DNA of 64,000 nucleotides from the human T2T-CHM13v2.0 reference genome, Homo sapiens (GCA_009914755.4 CP068257.2:8928001-8992000); one strand, 5' to 3'. Counted from the stretch's first letter, positions 1 through 14,895 are shown. A program made the numbers and translations. The notes: generated by a model not told the origin, from the letters alone.

Positions 1-1439
1 CATTCTAGTCCATTCTATTCCGTTACATTTCATTCCATTTGAGTCCATTCAATTCCATTCAATTCCATTCCAATTGATTCCATTCCAATCCGTACCATTC
101 GAGTCCACTCCATTCCTCACCATTCCGTTTGAGTATGTTTCCTTCTATTCCATTAGAACCCATTGCATTACATTCCATTCCGTTCAAGCGAGTTCATTTC
201 CATTCCATTACATTCCGTTCGATTCCATTCCATTCCATTCGAGTCCATTCCATTCCAATCCATCTGAGTGAATTCCTTTTCATTCCATTCCATTCGTGTC
301 CATTCCGTTCCAAACCTTTCCATTCGAGTCCATTCCATTGCATTCCACTCCATTCGAGTACATCCTATTCTATTCCATTCGTTTCCATTCCATTCCATTT
401 CATTGGACTCCATTCCATTAGAGTCCATTCCATTAAATTCCATTATATTCCATTCGAGTCATTTCCTTTCTGTTGTATCCCATTCCATTCCATTCGAGTC
501 CATTTCACTCCTTTCCATTCCTGTCCATTCCTTTCCATTCCAGTCCATTCCATTCCGTTGCTTTCAAGTCCATTCCATTCCATGCTATTGCATTTGAGTC
601 CATTAAATTCCAAACCATTCAAATCCATTCCATTCAAACCCATTACATTCCAGTCCACTTTATTTCATTCCATTAGAATCCAATCCATTCCATTCCATTC
701 CATTCCCTTCCATTCCATTCGATTCCATTCCATTCGAGTCCATTCCATTCCATTCCATTCCATTGCATTGCATTGCATTCCATTCCATTCTATTTCTTTC
801 GCGTCCATTCCATTCCATTCAATTCCATTTCATTCAGGTCCATTCCACTGCATTCTATTCGAGGTCATTCCAATGCATTTCATTTGATTTGTGTCCATTC
901 AATTGTATTTCATTATATTCCACTAGAGGCGATTCCTTTCCGTTCCGTTCCATTCCATTCGAGTCCATTCCATTTCATTTGAGTCCATGCCATTAAATTC
1001 CATTCCAGTCCATTCCATTCCATTCATTTCAATTTCATTCCTTTCCATTCCTTTCAGGTCCATTGAATTCACTTGCATTCCATTCGTGTACATTCCATTC
1101 CATTCCATTCCATTCCTTTACAATTCATTCGTGTCAATTCCATTCCATTTCATTCCATTCGAGTGCATTTGCATTTTTTTTCCATTACATTCCATTCTAT
1201 TTGAGTCCATTCCATTCTGATACATTCCATTCCATTCGAGTCCTCTCAATTCCGTTCCATTCCTTTCCAGTCCATTTCATTCCAGTCCATTCCATTCCAT
1301 GCTATTCCATTTGAGTCCATACCATTCCTTTCAATTCGAATCCATTCCATTCAAACCCATTCCATTCCAATACATTCCATTCCATTCCATACGAATCCAT
1401 TCCATTCCTATCCAAACCACTCTACTCCAATCCATTCCA

Positions 1440-2080
1440 TTCCTTTCCATTTGTGTCCAATCAATTCCATTCCATTCCATTCCATTCCATTCCATTATAC
1501 TCGTGTCCATCCCATTCAATTCCATTCGGGTCCATTCCATTCCTTTCCATTGGAATCCATTCCATTGCATTCCATTCTTCTCTTTTTGAGTCCATGCAAT
1601 CCCATTCCATTCCACTCAAGTCCATTCAATTCCATTAAGTTCCATTCATGTCCGTTCCATTCAATTCCATTCAAGTCAATTCCATTCCAATCCTCTCAGG
1701 TCCATTCCATTGCATTCAATTCCATTCGAGTCCATTCCATTCCATTCCATTCGTCTCCATTCCATTGAATTATATTCCATTCCTTTCGAGTCCATGCAAT
1801 TCCATTTCATTCCATTCGAGTTCATTCCATTCCATTCCATTTGAGTCCTTTCCATTGAGTTCCATTCCATTCGAGTCCATTCCATTCTATTCCATTCGAG
1901 TCCATTCCTTTCTATTCCATTAGAATCCATTCCATTAAATTCCATTGTATTACATTCGAGTTCATTCCATCCCATTCCGTTCCATTCATGTCCATTCCAT
2001 TCGAGTCCTTTCTATTCCATTCCTTTTGAGTCCTTTCCATTCCATTCCTTTCTATTACCTTAGAGTGCATTCCATTCCAT
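1440..2080 (+). repeat. Copy A of an about 640-bp diverged higher-order block. It contains landmarks ..CATGCAATCCCATTCC.., ..CAATTCCATTAAGTTCCATTCATGTCCGTTCC.. and ..CATTAGAATCCATTCCATTAAATTCCATTGTATTACATTCGAGTTCATTCC..
   Basis: It aligns nearly colinearly by eye with 6,170-6,790 (same order of distinctive variant units, about 85-90% identity), offset by about 4.73 kb. Confidence 0.75.
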
Positions 2081-5000
2081 TCCATTCCATTCGAGTCCAT
2101 TCCATTCCATTCCATCCCATTCGTGTCCATTCCATTCCATTCCATTTGCGTCCATTCCATTCCTTTCCATTCCATTCCATTCCATTCCATCCCATTCGTG
2201 TCCATTCCATTCCATTCCATTTGCGTCCATTCCATTCCTTTCCATTCCATTCCATTCCATTCGTGTCCATTCGTGTCCATTCCATTCCATGTAAATGACG
2301 TCAATTCCATTCCATTACATTCCATTCCATTGCATTCCATTCGAGTCCACTCCACTGCATTCCATTTCATTCGAGTCCATTCTATTCCATTCCATTCCAC
2401 TCGAGTCGATTCCATTTGATTCCATTCCATTCAAGTCCATTGCATTTCATTTGATTCCATTCCATTCCATTCCGTTTGAGTTCATTCAATTCCATTCCAT
2501 TCCATTCCATTTCATTCCATTCCATTCCTTTCATATCCAATCAATTCAACTACATTCCATTTGAGTCCATTCCATTCAATTCCTTTCCATTCCTTTGTAG
2601 TCCATTCCGTTGCTTTCCATTCGAATCCATTCCTTTCCATTAGTTTCGATTCCATTCCATTGCATACGAGTCCATTCCATTCCATGATATTCCATTTGAG
2701 TCCATTCCATTCAAATGTATTGCATTCAAAACCATTCCATTCCAGTAAATTCCATTCCATTCCATTCGAAATCATTGCATTCTATTCCATTCCATTCGAC
2801 TGCAACCCATTTCATTCGAGTCTATTCCTTTCCAATCTATTTCACTCGATTCTGTTCCGTTTAATTCCATTCGAGTCATTCGCATTCAAATGCATTCAAG
2901 TGCATTCCATTGCATTCCATTCCACTGAAGTCCATTAGTTTCCATTCAACTCGAGTCCTTTCCGTTGCATTCCGTTCCATTCCTTTCGAGTCCATTCCAT
3001 TCCATTAAATTCCATTCGAGTCTTTTCCATTCCGTTCCATTCGAGTTTTTTCCATTGCATTCCATTTCATTCGAGTCCACTCCGTTCTATTCCATTCGAG
3101 TACGTTCCGTTCCATTCCATTAGAATCCATTCAATTAAATTCCTTTGTATTCCATTGATGTCCATTTCATTCCATTCCATTCCATTCGTGTTCATTCCAT
3201 TCCATTCCAGTCCATTCCATTCCATGGCTTTCTTTCGAGTCCATTCCATTCCAATCCATTCGACTCCATTCCATTCCATTCCATTCCATTCCATTCCATC
3301 CCTTTCAGGTCCATTCAATTCAACTGCATTCCATTCGAGTCCATTCCACTCAATTCCTTTCCATTCCATTCAACTCCAGTGCATTCCATTCCATTCCATT
3401 CCATTCCATTCCATTCCATTCCATTCCATTTGAGTCAACTCCATTCCATTCCATTCAAGTCCATTTCAATGCATTCCATTCCATTTGAGTCCATTCCATT
3501 CAATTCAATTCCATTTGAGGCCATTCTATTACATTCCCTTCTATTCTTTTCGAGTCCATTCCTTTGCATTCCATTCGAGTCCATTCATTTACATTCCCTT
3601 CCATTCTTTTTGAGTCCATTGAATGCCATTCCATTGCATTCGAGTTCTTTCAATTCCTATACATTCGAGTCTATTCCATTGCATTCCATTCCATTCGAGT
3701 CCATTCCATTCTATTCCTTTCGAGCCCAGTCCATTCCATTCCTTTACAATCCCTTCCATTAAATTCTAATGTATTCCATTTGAGTCCATTCCATTCCATT
3801 GCATTTTAATTGTATCCATTCCATTTCATTCGTGTCCATTCCATTCCATTCCTTTTGAGTCTAGTCCATTTCATTCCCTTCTATTCCATTAGGGTCCATT
3901 CCACTCCATTGCATTGCATTTGAGTCTATTCCATTCAATTCCATTGCATTCGATTCCGTTCCATTCCATTCTATTCCATTCCATTCCATTCCATTCCTTT
4001 CCATTCCATTCCTTTCCATTCCATTCTATTCCTTTCGGGACGATTCCGTTGACTTCCGTTCGATTCCATTCCACTGCATTCCATTTCATTCGATTCCATT
4101 CCATCCCACTCAGGTCGATTCCATTCCACTCCATTCCATTCAAGTCCATTCCATTTTATTCGAATCCATTCCATTCCATTCCAGACGAGGCCATTCCATT
4201 TTATTCCTCTCCATTCCATTCCATTCCATTCCTTCGGGTCCATTCAACTCAACTGCATTCCCCTCGAGTCCATTCCATTCCATTCCATTCCATTCCAATC
4301 CATTCCATTCCAATCCTTGTGGTCCATCCAATTCAACTGCATTCCCCTGGAGTCCATTCCATTCCATTTCATTCCATTCCATTCAAGTCCATTCCATTCC
4401 ATTCAGTTCAAGTCCATTTCATTACATTACATTACATTCGAGTCCATTCTATTCCATTACATTATATTCAATTCGAATAAATTCCATTCCATTCAAGTCC
4501 ATTACACTCCATTTTGTTCAAGTCCAATCCATTCCTAACGAGTCCATTCCATTGCATTGCATTCGAGTCTGTTCCATTCCATGCTATTCCATTAGATTCC
4601 ATTCCTTTCCATGCCATTCGAGTCCTTTCCATTCAAACCAATTCCATTCCAGTACATTCCATTCCATTCCATTCCATTCGTCTCCATTATATTGTATTCC
4701 ATTTTGCTGCATTCCATTCCACTACATTCATGTCCATTCCATTCTATTTCATTCGAGTCCATTCCATTCCATTCCATTTGAGTCCACTCCATTCCATTCC
4801 ATTCCATTCCATTCCATTCTGGGCCATTCAGTTTCATTCGATTCCATTCGATTCCATTCGATTCCATTGCATTGCATTCCATTCCATTCCATTCCTTTCT
4901 AGTCCATTTCTTTCCATTCCATTCCATTCCATTCCATTCCATTCCATTCGAATCCATTCCATTCCATTCCATTCGGTTCAATTCCATTCCATTCCATTCG

Positions 5001-6169
5001 CATCCATTCAATTCCATTCCATTAAATTCGAGTACATTCCATTCCATTCCATTCCTCTGTAGTCGATTCCATTCCATTCCATTCCATTCACGTGCATTCC
5101 ATTCCATTCGAGTTCATTCCATTCCATTCGAGTCCTTTCCATTCCGTTCCATTCCATTCACGTAAATTCAGTGCCATTCCAGGCGAGTCCATTCCATTCC
5201 ATTCAAGTCGATTCCACTCCATTCAAACCCATTCCATTACTGTCCATTCAATTCCATTCCATTCTTTTCATTTCATTTCTTTCCATTCCATTCCATTCCA
5301 TTTGAGCCCAATTCATTCTTTTCTTTCAATTCGACTCCATTCCATTCCATTCCATTCCATTTCTTTAAGGTCCATTCCCTTCAATTCCAATCGACTCAAT
5401 TCCATTCCATTCCTTTCGAGTTCATTCCATTGCATTCCATTGCATTCAAGTCCATTCCTTCCAATCCATTCCATTCCATTTTATTGCATCCCACTCCTTT
5501 TGAGTCCATTCATTTCCAATCAATTCCTTTCGAGTCCTTTCCTTTCTATTCGACTCGAGTCCAATGATTACATACCATTCCATTCAATTCTATTCCATTA
5601 TATTCCATTCAAGTCCATTCCATTCAATTCCATTAGAGTCCATTGCATTAAATTCCGTTGTGTTTCATTCGAGATAATTCCATTCCATTCTGTTCCATTC
5701 ATGTCCATTCCATTCCATTCCATTCCATTCCATTCCATTCCATTCCTTTCCATGCCATTCCATTCTTTTCGATTCCAATCCATTCCATTCTATTCCATTC
5801 AAGTCCATTCCATTGCATACCATTCCATTCCATTCAATTGCATTCCATTGCACTCCATTCCATTCCATTCCATTCTGGTGAATTCCTTTCCATTCCATTC
5901 GAGTCCATTCTATTCCATTTCATTCCATTCCAGTACATTCCATTCCGTTCCACTCGAGTCCATTCCATTCCATTCCATTCCGTTCCGTTCCATTCCATTC
6001 CATTCCATTAAATTCCGTTCCTTTCCATTCCATTCCATTCCATTAAATTCCATTCCATTCCATTCCATTCCTTTCCATTGAATTCCATTCCGTTCCTCTC
6101 AATTCTTGACAATTCCATACCTTTCTATGCGAGTCCATTCCAATAACTTCCATTCTGTTCGAGTCCATT

Positions 6170-6790
6170 CCATTCCATTCCATTCCATTGTATTATACTC
6201 GTGTCTGTCCCACTCAATTCCATTCAGGTCCATTCCATTCCTTTCAATTCGAATCCATTCCATTGCATTCCATTCCACTCTTTTTGAGTCCATGCAATCT
6301 CATTCCATTCCATTCAAGTCCATTCAATTCCATTAAGTTCCATTCATGTCAGTTCCATTCAATTCCATTCAAGTCAATTTCATTGCAGTCATCTCAGGTC
6401 CATTCCATTGCATTCAATTGCATTCGAGTAAATTCCTTTCCATTCCATTCAACTCCATTCCATTGAATTCTATTCCATTCCTTTCAAGTTCATGCAATTC
6501 CATTTCATTCCATTCGAGTCCATTCCATTCCATTCCATTTGAGTCCTTTCCATTGAGTTCCATTCCATTCGAGTCCATTCCATTGTATTCCATTCGAGTC
6601 CATTCCTTTCCATTCCATTAGTATCCATTCCATTAAATTCCATTGTATTCCATTCGAGTTCATTCCATTCCATTCCGTTGCATTTGTGTCCTTTCCATTC
6701 CATTCCATTCGTGTCCCTTCCATTCCATTCCTTTTGAGTCCTTTCCATTCCATTCCATTCTATTACCTTAGAGTCCATTCCATTCCATTG
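6170..6790 (+). repeat. Copy B of the about 620-bp higher-order block, paralogous to 1,440-2,080.
   Basis: Shared rare units with copy A: GTATTATACTCGTGTC, TTTTTGAGTCCATGCAATC, CATTAAGTTCCATTCATGTC, CAATCCTCTCAGGTCC / CATCTCAGGTCC, CATTAG(A/T)ATCCATTCCATTAAATTCCATTGTATT, CTATTACCTTAGAGT. Confidence 0.75.
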
Positions 6791-9719
6791 CATTCCACTC
6801 GAGTGGTTTCCATTCCGTTTCACTCCATTTCAATCCATTCCATTCCATTTAAGTCCATTCCATTCCATTCCATTGCATTCCAATCCATTCTGTTACATTC
6901 CATTTCGTTCGAGTCCTTTCCTTACATTCCCTTCAATTCCATTCCACTCTTTCCATTCCATTCAAGTCCATTCCATCCCATTCAATTCCATTCAATTCTA
7001 TTCCATTCCATTCCATTCCATTTGGGTCCTTTCCAATCCATTCCATTCAAACCCATTCCATTACTATCCAGTCCTTTCTATTCCATTCCATTCGACTACA
7101 TTCCATTCTATTTGAATCCATTCCATTCCATTCCATTTGAGTCCATTCCATTCCATTCCATTCCATTCCATTCCACTCCACTCCATTCATATCCATTCTA
7201 GTCCATTCCATTCCATTTGGGTGCATTCTATTCCTTTCCATTCCATTCCACTCCAGTCCATTCATATCCATTCCAGTCCATTCCATTCCATTCGCGTCCA
7301 TTCCATTCCATTCCATTCCATTCAAGTCCATTGCATTCCATTCGTGTCCGTTCAATTCCATTCCATTCCGTTGGAGTCCTTTCCATTCCATTCCATTCCA
7401 TTCGAGTCCATTCCATTCCCTTACATTACATTACATTTGGGTTGATTCCATTCCATTCCATTCCATTCGAGTCTATTACATTCTATTCCATTAAAGTCCA
7501 TTCAATTCAATTCCATTCCATTCCATTCCACTCGAGTTGGTTCCATTCCATTATATTCCATTCGAGTCCTCTTCATTCCATTCCATTAGGGTCCATTCCA
7601 TTCGACTCCATTGCATTCAATACCATTCCTTTTGATTCCATTCCATTCGAGTCCATTCCCTTCCATTCTGTTCCATTCGAATCCATTCGATTCCATTCCA
7701 CTCAAGTCCATTCCATTACATTATATTCCATTCGAGTCAATTCCATTCCATTGCATTCCATTCGGGTCCACTCCATTCGATTCCATGCCATTCGATTCCA
7801 TTCCATTCAATTCCATTCCATTCGATTCCAGTGCATTTGAGTCCAATCCATTCCTTCTGAGTCCATTCCATTCCATTCCATTCGTGTCAATTCCATGCCG
7901 TTCCAATCGAGTCCATTCCATTCCATTCGTGTCAATTCCATGCCATGCCATTCGAGTCCATTCTATTCCATTCAACTCCACTCCTTTCCATTCCATTGCA
8001 TTGTATTCGAGTCCTTTCCATTCCATTCCACTCCATTTCAATCCATTCCATTCCATGTGTTTCCATTCCTTTCCATTCCACTCCATTCCATTCCATTCTA
8101 TTACATTCCATTCCATTCGAATCCATACCCTTCCATTCCATTCAATTCCATTCCACTCCATTCCATTCAATTCAAGTCCATTCAATCCCATTCGATTCCA
8201 TTGCATTCCATTCCATTCCATTCTATTCCATTCCATTTTTGTCCTTTCGAAACCATTCCATTCGAGTCCATTCCATTCCATTCGAGTCCATTCCATTCTT
8301 TGGAATCTATTCCATTCCATTCCATTTCATTCCTTTCGAGTCCATTCCATTCCATTATTTCGAGTCTATTCCATTCCATTCCATTCCATTCCATTCCTTT
8401 CCATTTCAATCCATTTGAGTCCATTCCATTCCATTCCTGTCCATTCCATTCCATTGCTTTCAACTCCATTCCATTCCATTCCATTCCATTCATTATGAGT
8501 ATATTCCATACCATTCCATTTCACTGCAGTCCATTCTATTCCATTCCATTCCATTCCATTCCATTACTTTTGAGTCCATTCCATTCCATTCCACTCCATT
8601 TGAGTAAATTTCATTCCATTAACTTCCATTCCTTTCATGTCCATTCCATTCCGTTACATTCAATTCCTTTCGAATTCATTCAATTCTATTCCATTCCATT
8701 TGATACCATTCCACTACATTCCTTTGGAGGCCACTCAATTCCTCTCCATTCCATTCGAGTACATTCCTTTCTATTCCATTTGAATCCATTGCATTCCATT
8801 ACGTTCATTTTGAGCCAATTCAATTCCATTCAATTCCATTTCATTCGAGTCCATTCCATGCCATTCGAGTCAATTCCTTTCCATTCCATTCGAGTCAAAT
8901 CCATTTCTTTCCATTCCATTCGAGTCCATCCTGTTCCAACCCTTTGCATTCGAGTTCATTCCGTTGCATTCCATACTATTCGAGAAAATTCCATTCTATT
9001 CCATTTGAGTCCATTCCATTCCATTTCATTGGATTCCATTCCATTAGAGTCCATTCCATTAAATTCCATTCGATTCCATCCGACTCCATTCCACTCCATT
9101 GGAGTCCATTCCGTTCCATTCCATTCGAGTTCATTCCATTCCTTTCCTTTCTATTCCATTCAAGTCCCTTCCAATTCTTTCCATTCCAGTAGATTCCATT
9201 CCATTCCTTTCCATTCCATTCCATTCCATTCCATTCTATTCCAGTCGGGTTCATTCCATTCCATTTGAGCCCATTCCATTCCATTCGAGTCCTTTCCATT
9301 CCATTCCTTTCGAGTCCATTGCATTCCATTCCATTCTATTGGAATCCATTCCTTTCCATTCCATATGAGTCCACTCCATTCCATTCTATTTCATTCCATT
9401 CCATTCCATTCTATTTGATTCCATTCCATTCCATTCGAGTCCATTCCTGTCCATTACATTCCATTCGGTTCCATTCCATTCCATTCCATTCGCCTCCATT
9501 CAATTCCATTCGATTAAATTCGAGTACATTCCATTCCATTCCATTCCACTCGAGTCGATTCCAATCCATACCATTCCATTCGCGTACATTCCATTCCATT
9601 CCATTCCATTCGCGTACATTCCATTCCATTCCTTTCCATTCGGGTTAATTCCATGCCATTACAATCGAGTCCATTCCATTCCATTCCATTCCATTTGCAT
9701 CCATTCCTTTCCATTCCAT

Positions 9720-9752
9720 TCCATTCCATTACATTACATTACATTACATTTC
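9720..9752 (+). repeat. (CATTA)4 micro-variant tract embedded in the CATTC array. Similar shorter CATTACATTACATT tracts lie at about 4,420-4,440 and 7,420-7,437.
   Basis: Direct reading: CATTACATTACATTACATTACATTTC. Confidence 0.8.
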
Positions 9753-12700
9753 TTTCCATTCCATTCCATTCCTTTCCATTCCATTCCATTCCAATATATC
9801 CCATTCTTTCGTGTCTATTCCATTCCATTCCTTTCTGTTCCATTCCATTCCATTCCATTATCGTCCATTCTATTCCATTGCTTTAAATTCGAGTACATTC
9901 CATTCCATTCCATTCCACTCGAGTCGATTCCATTCTATTCCATTCCATTCGAGTCCATTCCATTCCATTCGAGTTCCATCCATTACATTCCATTCGACTC
10001 CATTCCATTCCATTCTAATCCATTTCATTCCATTCAAATCCAACCCATTCTGGTCAATTCCATACCATTCCATTTGAGTCCATTCCATTCCATTCCATTC
10101 AATTCCATTCCATTCCTTTCCATTCCATTCGAGTCCAATCCATTCCATCCAATTCCATTGCACTCGAGTTTTTTCCATTCCATTGCAATGCATTTCAATC
10201 CATTCCATTGCTTTCGTGTCCATTCCCTTCCATTCCATTCCATTCCTTTCCATTCCATTCCATTCTATTACCTTCCATTCCATTCGAGTCCTTGCCCTTC
10301 CATTCCTTTGAATTCCTTTCCACTCTATTCCATTCCATTCAAGTGCTTTCCATCTCATTCAATTCCACTCAATTCCATTCAATTCCATTCCTTTCGTTTT
10401 GGATCCTTTCCAATCCATTCCCTTTGAGTTCATTCCATTCCATTCGAGTCCATTCCATTCCATTCCATTCGAGTCCATTCCATTCCTTTCGTGTCCATTT
10501 CATTCCAATCCATTCCATTCCATTCCGTTTGAGTCCATTCCATTCCACACAAGTCCATTCCGTTCCATTCTATCTCATTCCATTCCATTCCTCTCCATTC
10601 TATTCCATTCCATTCCATTCGAGTCCATTCCATTACATTATGTTCGAGTCCCTTCCATTCAATTCCATTCCATTCGATTCCATTCCAGTCCTTTCGGTTC
10701 CATTCCATTCCATTCCATTCCATTCCATTCGAGTCCATTCCTTTCAACACCGTTAGAGTCCATTCCATTCCGTTTTATTAGATTCGAGTCCATTCCATTG
10801 TATACCATTCGAGTCCATTCAATTCCATTACATTAGAGTCCATTCCACTCTGTTCCACTCCATTCCATTGCATTCCATTTTATACAATTCGCGTACATTC
10901 CATTCCGTTAGAGTCCTTTGCATTTCACTCCATTCGTGTGCATTCCATTCCATTCCATTCCATTCGAGTCCATTACAGTCCAATCAATTCTTGTTCATTC
11001 CATTCCATTCCGTTTGAGTCCATTCCATTCCAATCCATTCCATTACATTTATGTCCATTCCATTCATTTCCATTCCATTCGAGTCCATTCCTTTCCATTC
11101 CATTCCATTCGACTCGATTTCATTCCTTCACATTGCATTCCATTCTAGTCCTTTCAATTCCATTACTTACCACTCGAGTTAATTCCACTCCACTGCATTT
11201 GAGTCCATTCCATTCTGCTCCTTTCCATTCGAGTCCTTTCCATTCTCTTCGATTCGAGTAAATTACAATTCATTCGTTTTGAGTCCGTTCCATTTCATTC
11301 CATTGCATTCCAGTCTAATCCAATACATTCCATTCTATTCCATTCAAGTCCACTCCATTCCATTCCATTCCATTCCGTTCCATTCCATTCTCATCCACTC
11401 AATTCCATTCATTTCAATTCCATTCAATTCCATTCCATTCTATCTCGTTCAAGTCCATTCCATTCGATACCATTCCATTCTGTTTCTGTCCATTCCATTG
11501 TATTCCATTAAACTCGATTTCACTCTTTCACATTCCATTCCATTCCATTCGAGTACATTCCATTCTGTTCCATTCCATTCCGTTTGATTCCATTGCACTC
11601 CTTTCCTCTCTATTCCATTCGAGTACATTCCATTCTATTCCATTCGAATCCATTGCATTCCATTTCATTCCATTTGAGCCAATTCAATTCCATTTCATTC
11701 CATTCCTTTGGAGTCCATTCCATTCCATTGGTGTGCATTCCTTTCCAACCATTCGAGTCCATTCCATTTCACCCCATTCCATTCGTGTCCTGTCTGTCCC
11801 AACCCTTTCCATTTGCGTCCATTTAATTGTATTCAATTCCATTTGGGTACATTCCATTCTATTACATGCAAGTCCATTCCATTCCGTTTCATTGGATTCC
11901 ATTCCATTAGAATCCATTCCATTAAATTTCGTTCCATTCCATTCGAGTCCATTCCATTCCATTCCATTCGAATCCATTCCATTCCTTTCTATTCCATTGA
12001 AGTCCATTCCAATTCATTCCATACTGTTAGATTCCATTCCATTTCATTCCATTCCATTATGGTTCTTTCCATTCCATTCCATTCAAGCCCATTCCATTCC
12101 ATTCGAGTCCTTTCCATTCCATTCCATTCAAGTCCATTCCATTCCATTCCATTCTGTTCAAATCCATTCCATTCCATTCCATTCGCTTCCATTCCATTCC
12201 ATTCCATTCACATCCATTCAATTCCATTACATGAAATTCGAGTACATTCCGTTCCATTCCATTCCACTTGAGTCGTTTCCTTTCCATTCCATTCCATTTG
12301 AGTCCTTTCCATTTCATTCAAGTTCTTTCCATTCCATTCCATTCGAGTCCATTCCATTCAATTCCAATCCATTCTATTCCATTACTTTGCAATCGATTCT
12401 ATTCCATTCCTTTCTAGTCTGTTCAATTCCATTCCATTCTATTTGAGTCCATACCATTCCATTCGAGTCCAATTCATTGCATACCATTCCATTCCATCCG
12501 AGTCCATTCCATTCCATTCAACTCCATTCCGTTCTGTTCCATCTCATTCCATTCCATTCCATTCCATTCGAGTCCAATCATTTCCATTACGTTCGAGTCA
12601 ATTCCATTCTATTCGATTGCATTCCATTACATTCTTTTTGAGTCCATTCCATACAATTGCATTCTATTTGACTGCTTTCCATTCCATTCGCTTCCATTAC

Positions 12701-14714
12701 TTTTCATTCCATTCGCGTCCATTCCATTCCACTCCATTCCATTCGGGTCCATTCCATTCAACTTCATTGGAGTCCATTCCATTCCGTTGCATTAGATTCG
12801 AGTCCATTCCATTTTATAACATTCTTGTCCATTCCATTCCATTATATTCGAGTCCATTCCAATCCCTTCCACTCCATATACAATTCGACTACATTCCATT
12901 CCAATCAAATCCATTTTTTCACATCCATTCGTGTGCATTCCGTTCCACTCCATTCCATTCTATTCGAATCCATTCCATTCCAATACATTCCATTACATTT
13001 GTGTCCATTCCATTCAATTCCATTCCATTCTTGTCCATTCCATTCCATTCCATTCCAAATCATTCCATTACATTAAATTACAATACTTTCTTGTCCATTC
13101 CATTCAATTCCATTCCAATCGCGACCTTTCAATTACATTCCTTTCAAGTCCATTCCATTCCATACCTTTCCATTCTGTTCCATTCCATTCCATTCTACTC
13201 CATTGCATTCCATTCCATTCCATCACATTCCATACCTTTTCATTCTGTTCCACTCCATTCCATTCGACTCCATTCCATTCCATTCCATTCCATACCATTC
13301 CATTCCATTACTTTCCATTGAATTCCATTCTGGTAAATTCAATTCCATTCCTTTCAAGTCCATTCCATTCTATTCCATTAAAGTCCATTCCATTCCATAC
13401 CATTCCGTTCTTTTCTATTTCATCCCATTCCATTCCATTCCATTCCAGTCCATTCCATTCCACTCCATTCGTGTCCCTTCTATTCCATTCCCCTCGAGTC
13501 CATTCCATTCTATTCCATTCTATTCCATTCAGGTCCATTCAATTCCATACCATTCCGTTCTGTTCCATTCCATCCCATTCCATTCCTTTCTATTCTGTTC
13601 CGTTCCATTCCATTTGTGTCCATTCCATTGCATTTGAGTCCATGCCATTCCATTCCATTGCATTCCATTCCATTGCATTCCATTCCATTCCATTGCATTG
13701 CATTCCATTCCCTTCCATTCCATTCCATTCCATTCCATTCCATTCCATTCCATTCCATTCCATTCTATTCGAGTCCATTCCATTCCGTTCTATTCGAGTC
13801 CATTCCATTCCATTCCAATCCATTCCATTCTGGTCCATTGCATTCCATTCCATTCGAGTCCATTCCATTCCATTCCATTCCATTCCATTCCATTCCATCC
13901 CATTCCATTCCATTCCATCCCATTCCATCCCATTCCTTTCCAGTCCATTCAATTTCATTCCATTCCATTAGAGTCCATGCCATTCCATTCGAGTCCATTC
14001 CATTCCATTCTTTTCCATTCCATTCGAGTCCATCCATTCCATTCGAGTCTGTTCCATTACACTCCGCTCGAGTCTAAATGTCTTTCAATTCTATTCCATT
14101 CATTCCAATTTCATTCCATTCCCGTCCATTCCATTCCATTTGAATCGACTTCATTCCTTTCCTTTCCATTCTTTTCTAGTCCATTCCATTCCGTTGCAGT
14201 CCATTTGACTAAACTTCATTCCATTAACTTCCATTCCTTTTGATTCCATTCCATTCCATTCCAGTCCATTTGACTAAATTTCATTCCATTAACTTTCATT
14301 TCATTTGAGTCCATTCCATTCCGTTACATTCAATTCCATTCGAGTCCATTCCATTCCATTCCATTCCATTTGATTCCATTCCACTTCGTTCCATTCGGGT
14401 AAACACCATTCGTCTCCATTCCATTGAATTACATTCCAATCTATTCCATTCGAATCCATTGCATTCCATTCAGTACCATTCGAGCCAATTCCATTCCATT
14501 CCATTCCATTCTGTTCAAGTCCGTTCCATTCCATTCAATTCGAGTCAATTCCATTTCATTCCATTCCATTGCAGTCCATTCCGTTTCAACCCATTCCATT
14601 CGAGACAATTCCATTGCATTCCACTCTATTCGAAATCATTCCATTCTATTCCATTCATGTATATTCCATTCCATTTCATTGGATTCCACTCTGTTAGAGT
14701 CCATTCCATTAAAT

Positions 14715-14895
14715 TCCGTTCCTTTCCATTTGAGACATTTCCATTCCATTGGAGTCCATTCCATTCCACTGCATTCGAGTCCATTCCATTCCATTCAATT
14801 CTTTTCCATTCGAGACATTTCCATTCCATTGGAGTCCATTCCATTCCACTGCATTCGAGTCCATTCCATTCCATTCCATTCTTTTCCATTCAAGT
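14715..14895 (+). repeat. Local tandem duplication, about 90 bp x 2 (..TTTTCCATTCGAGACATTTCCATTCCATTGGAGTCCATTCCATTCCACTGCATTCGAGTCCATTCCATTCCATTC..).
   Basis: The two adjacent copies are nearly identical. ORFs 14626..14889(-) and 14709..14978(-) contain repeated peptide blocks (AVEWNGLQWNGNVSNGKE..). Confidence 0.75.

Noticed and set aside
1160-1185. T8 homopolymer (GCATTTGCATTTTTTTTCC) as a possible terminator or poly-T signal.
   Set aside because: It is a single short homopolymer in satellite DNA with no associated RNA gene features. It is most simply a small slippage or indel variant of a CATTC unit.
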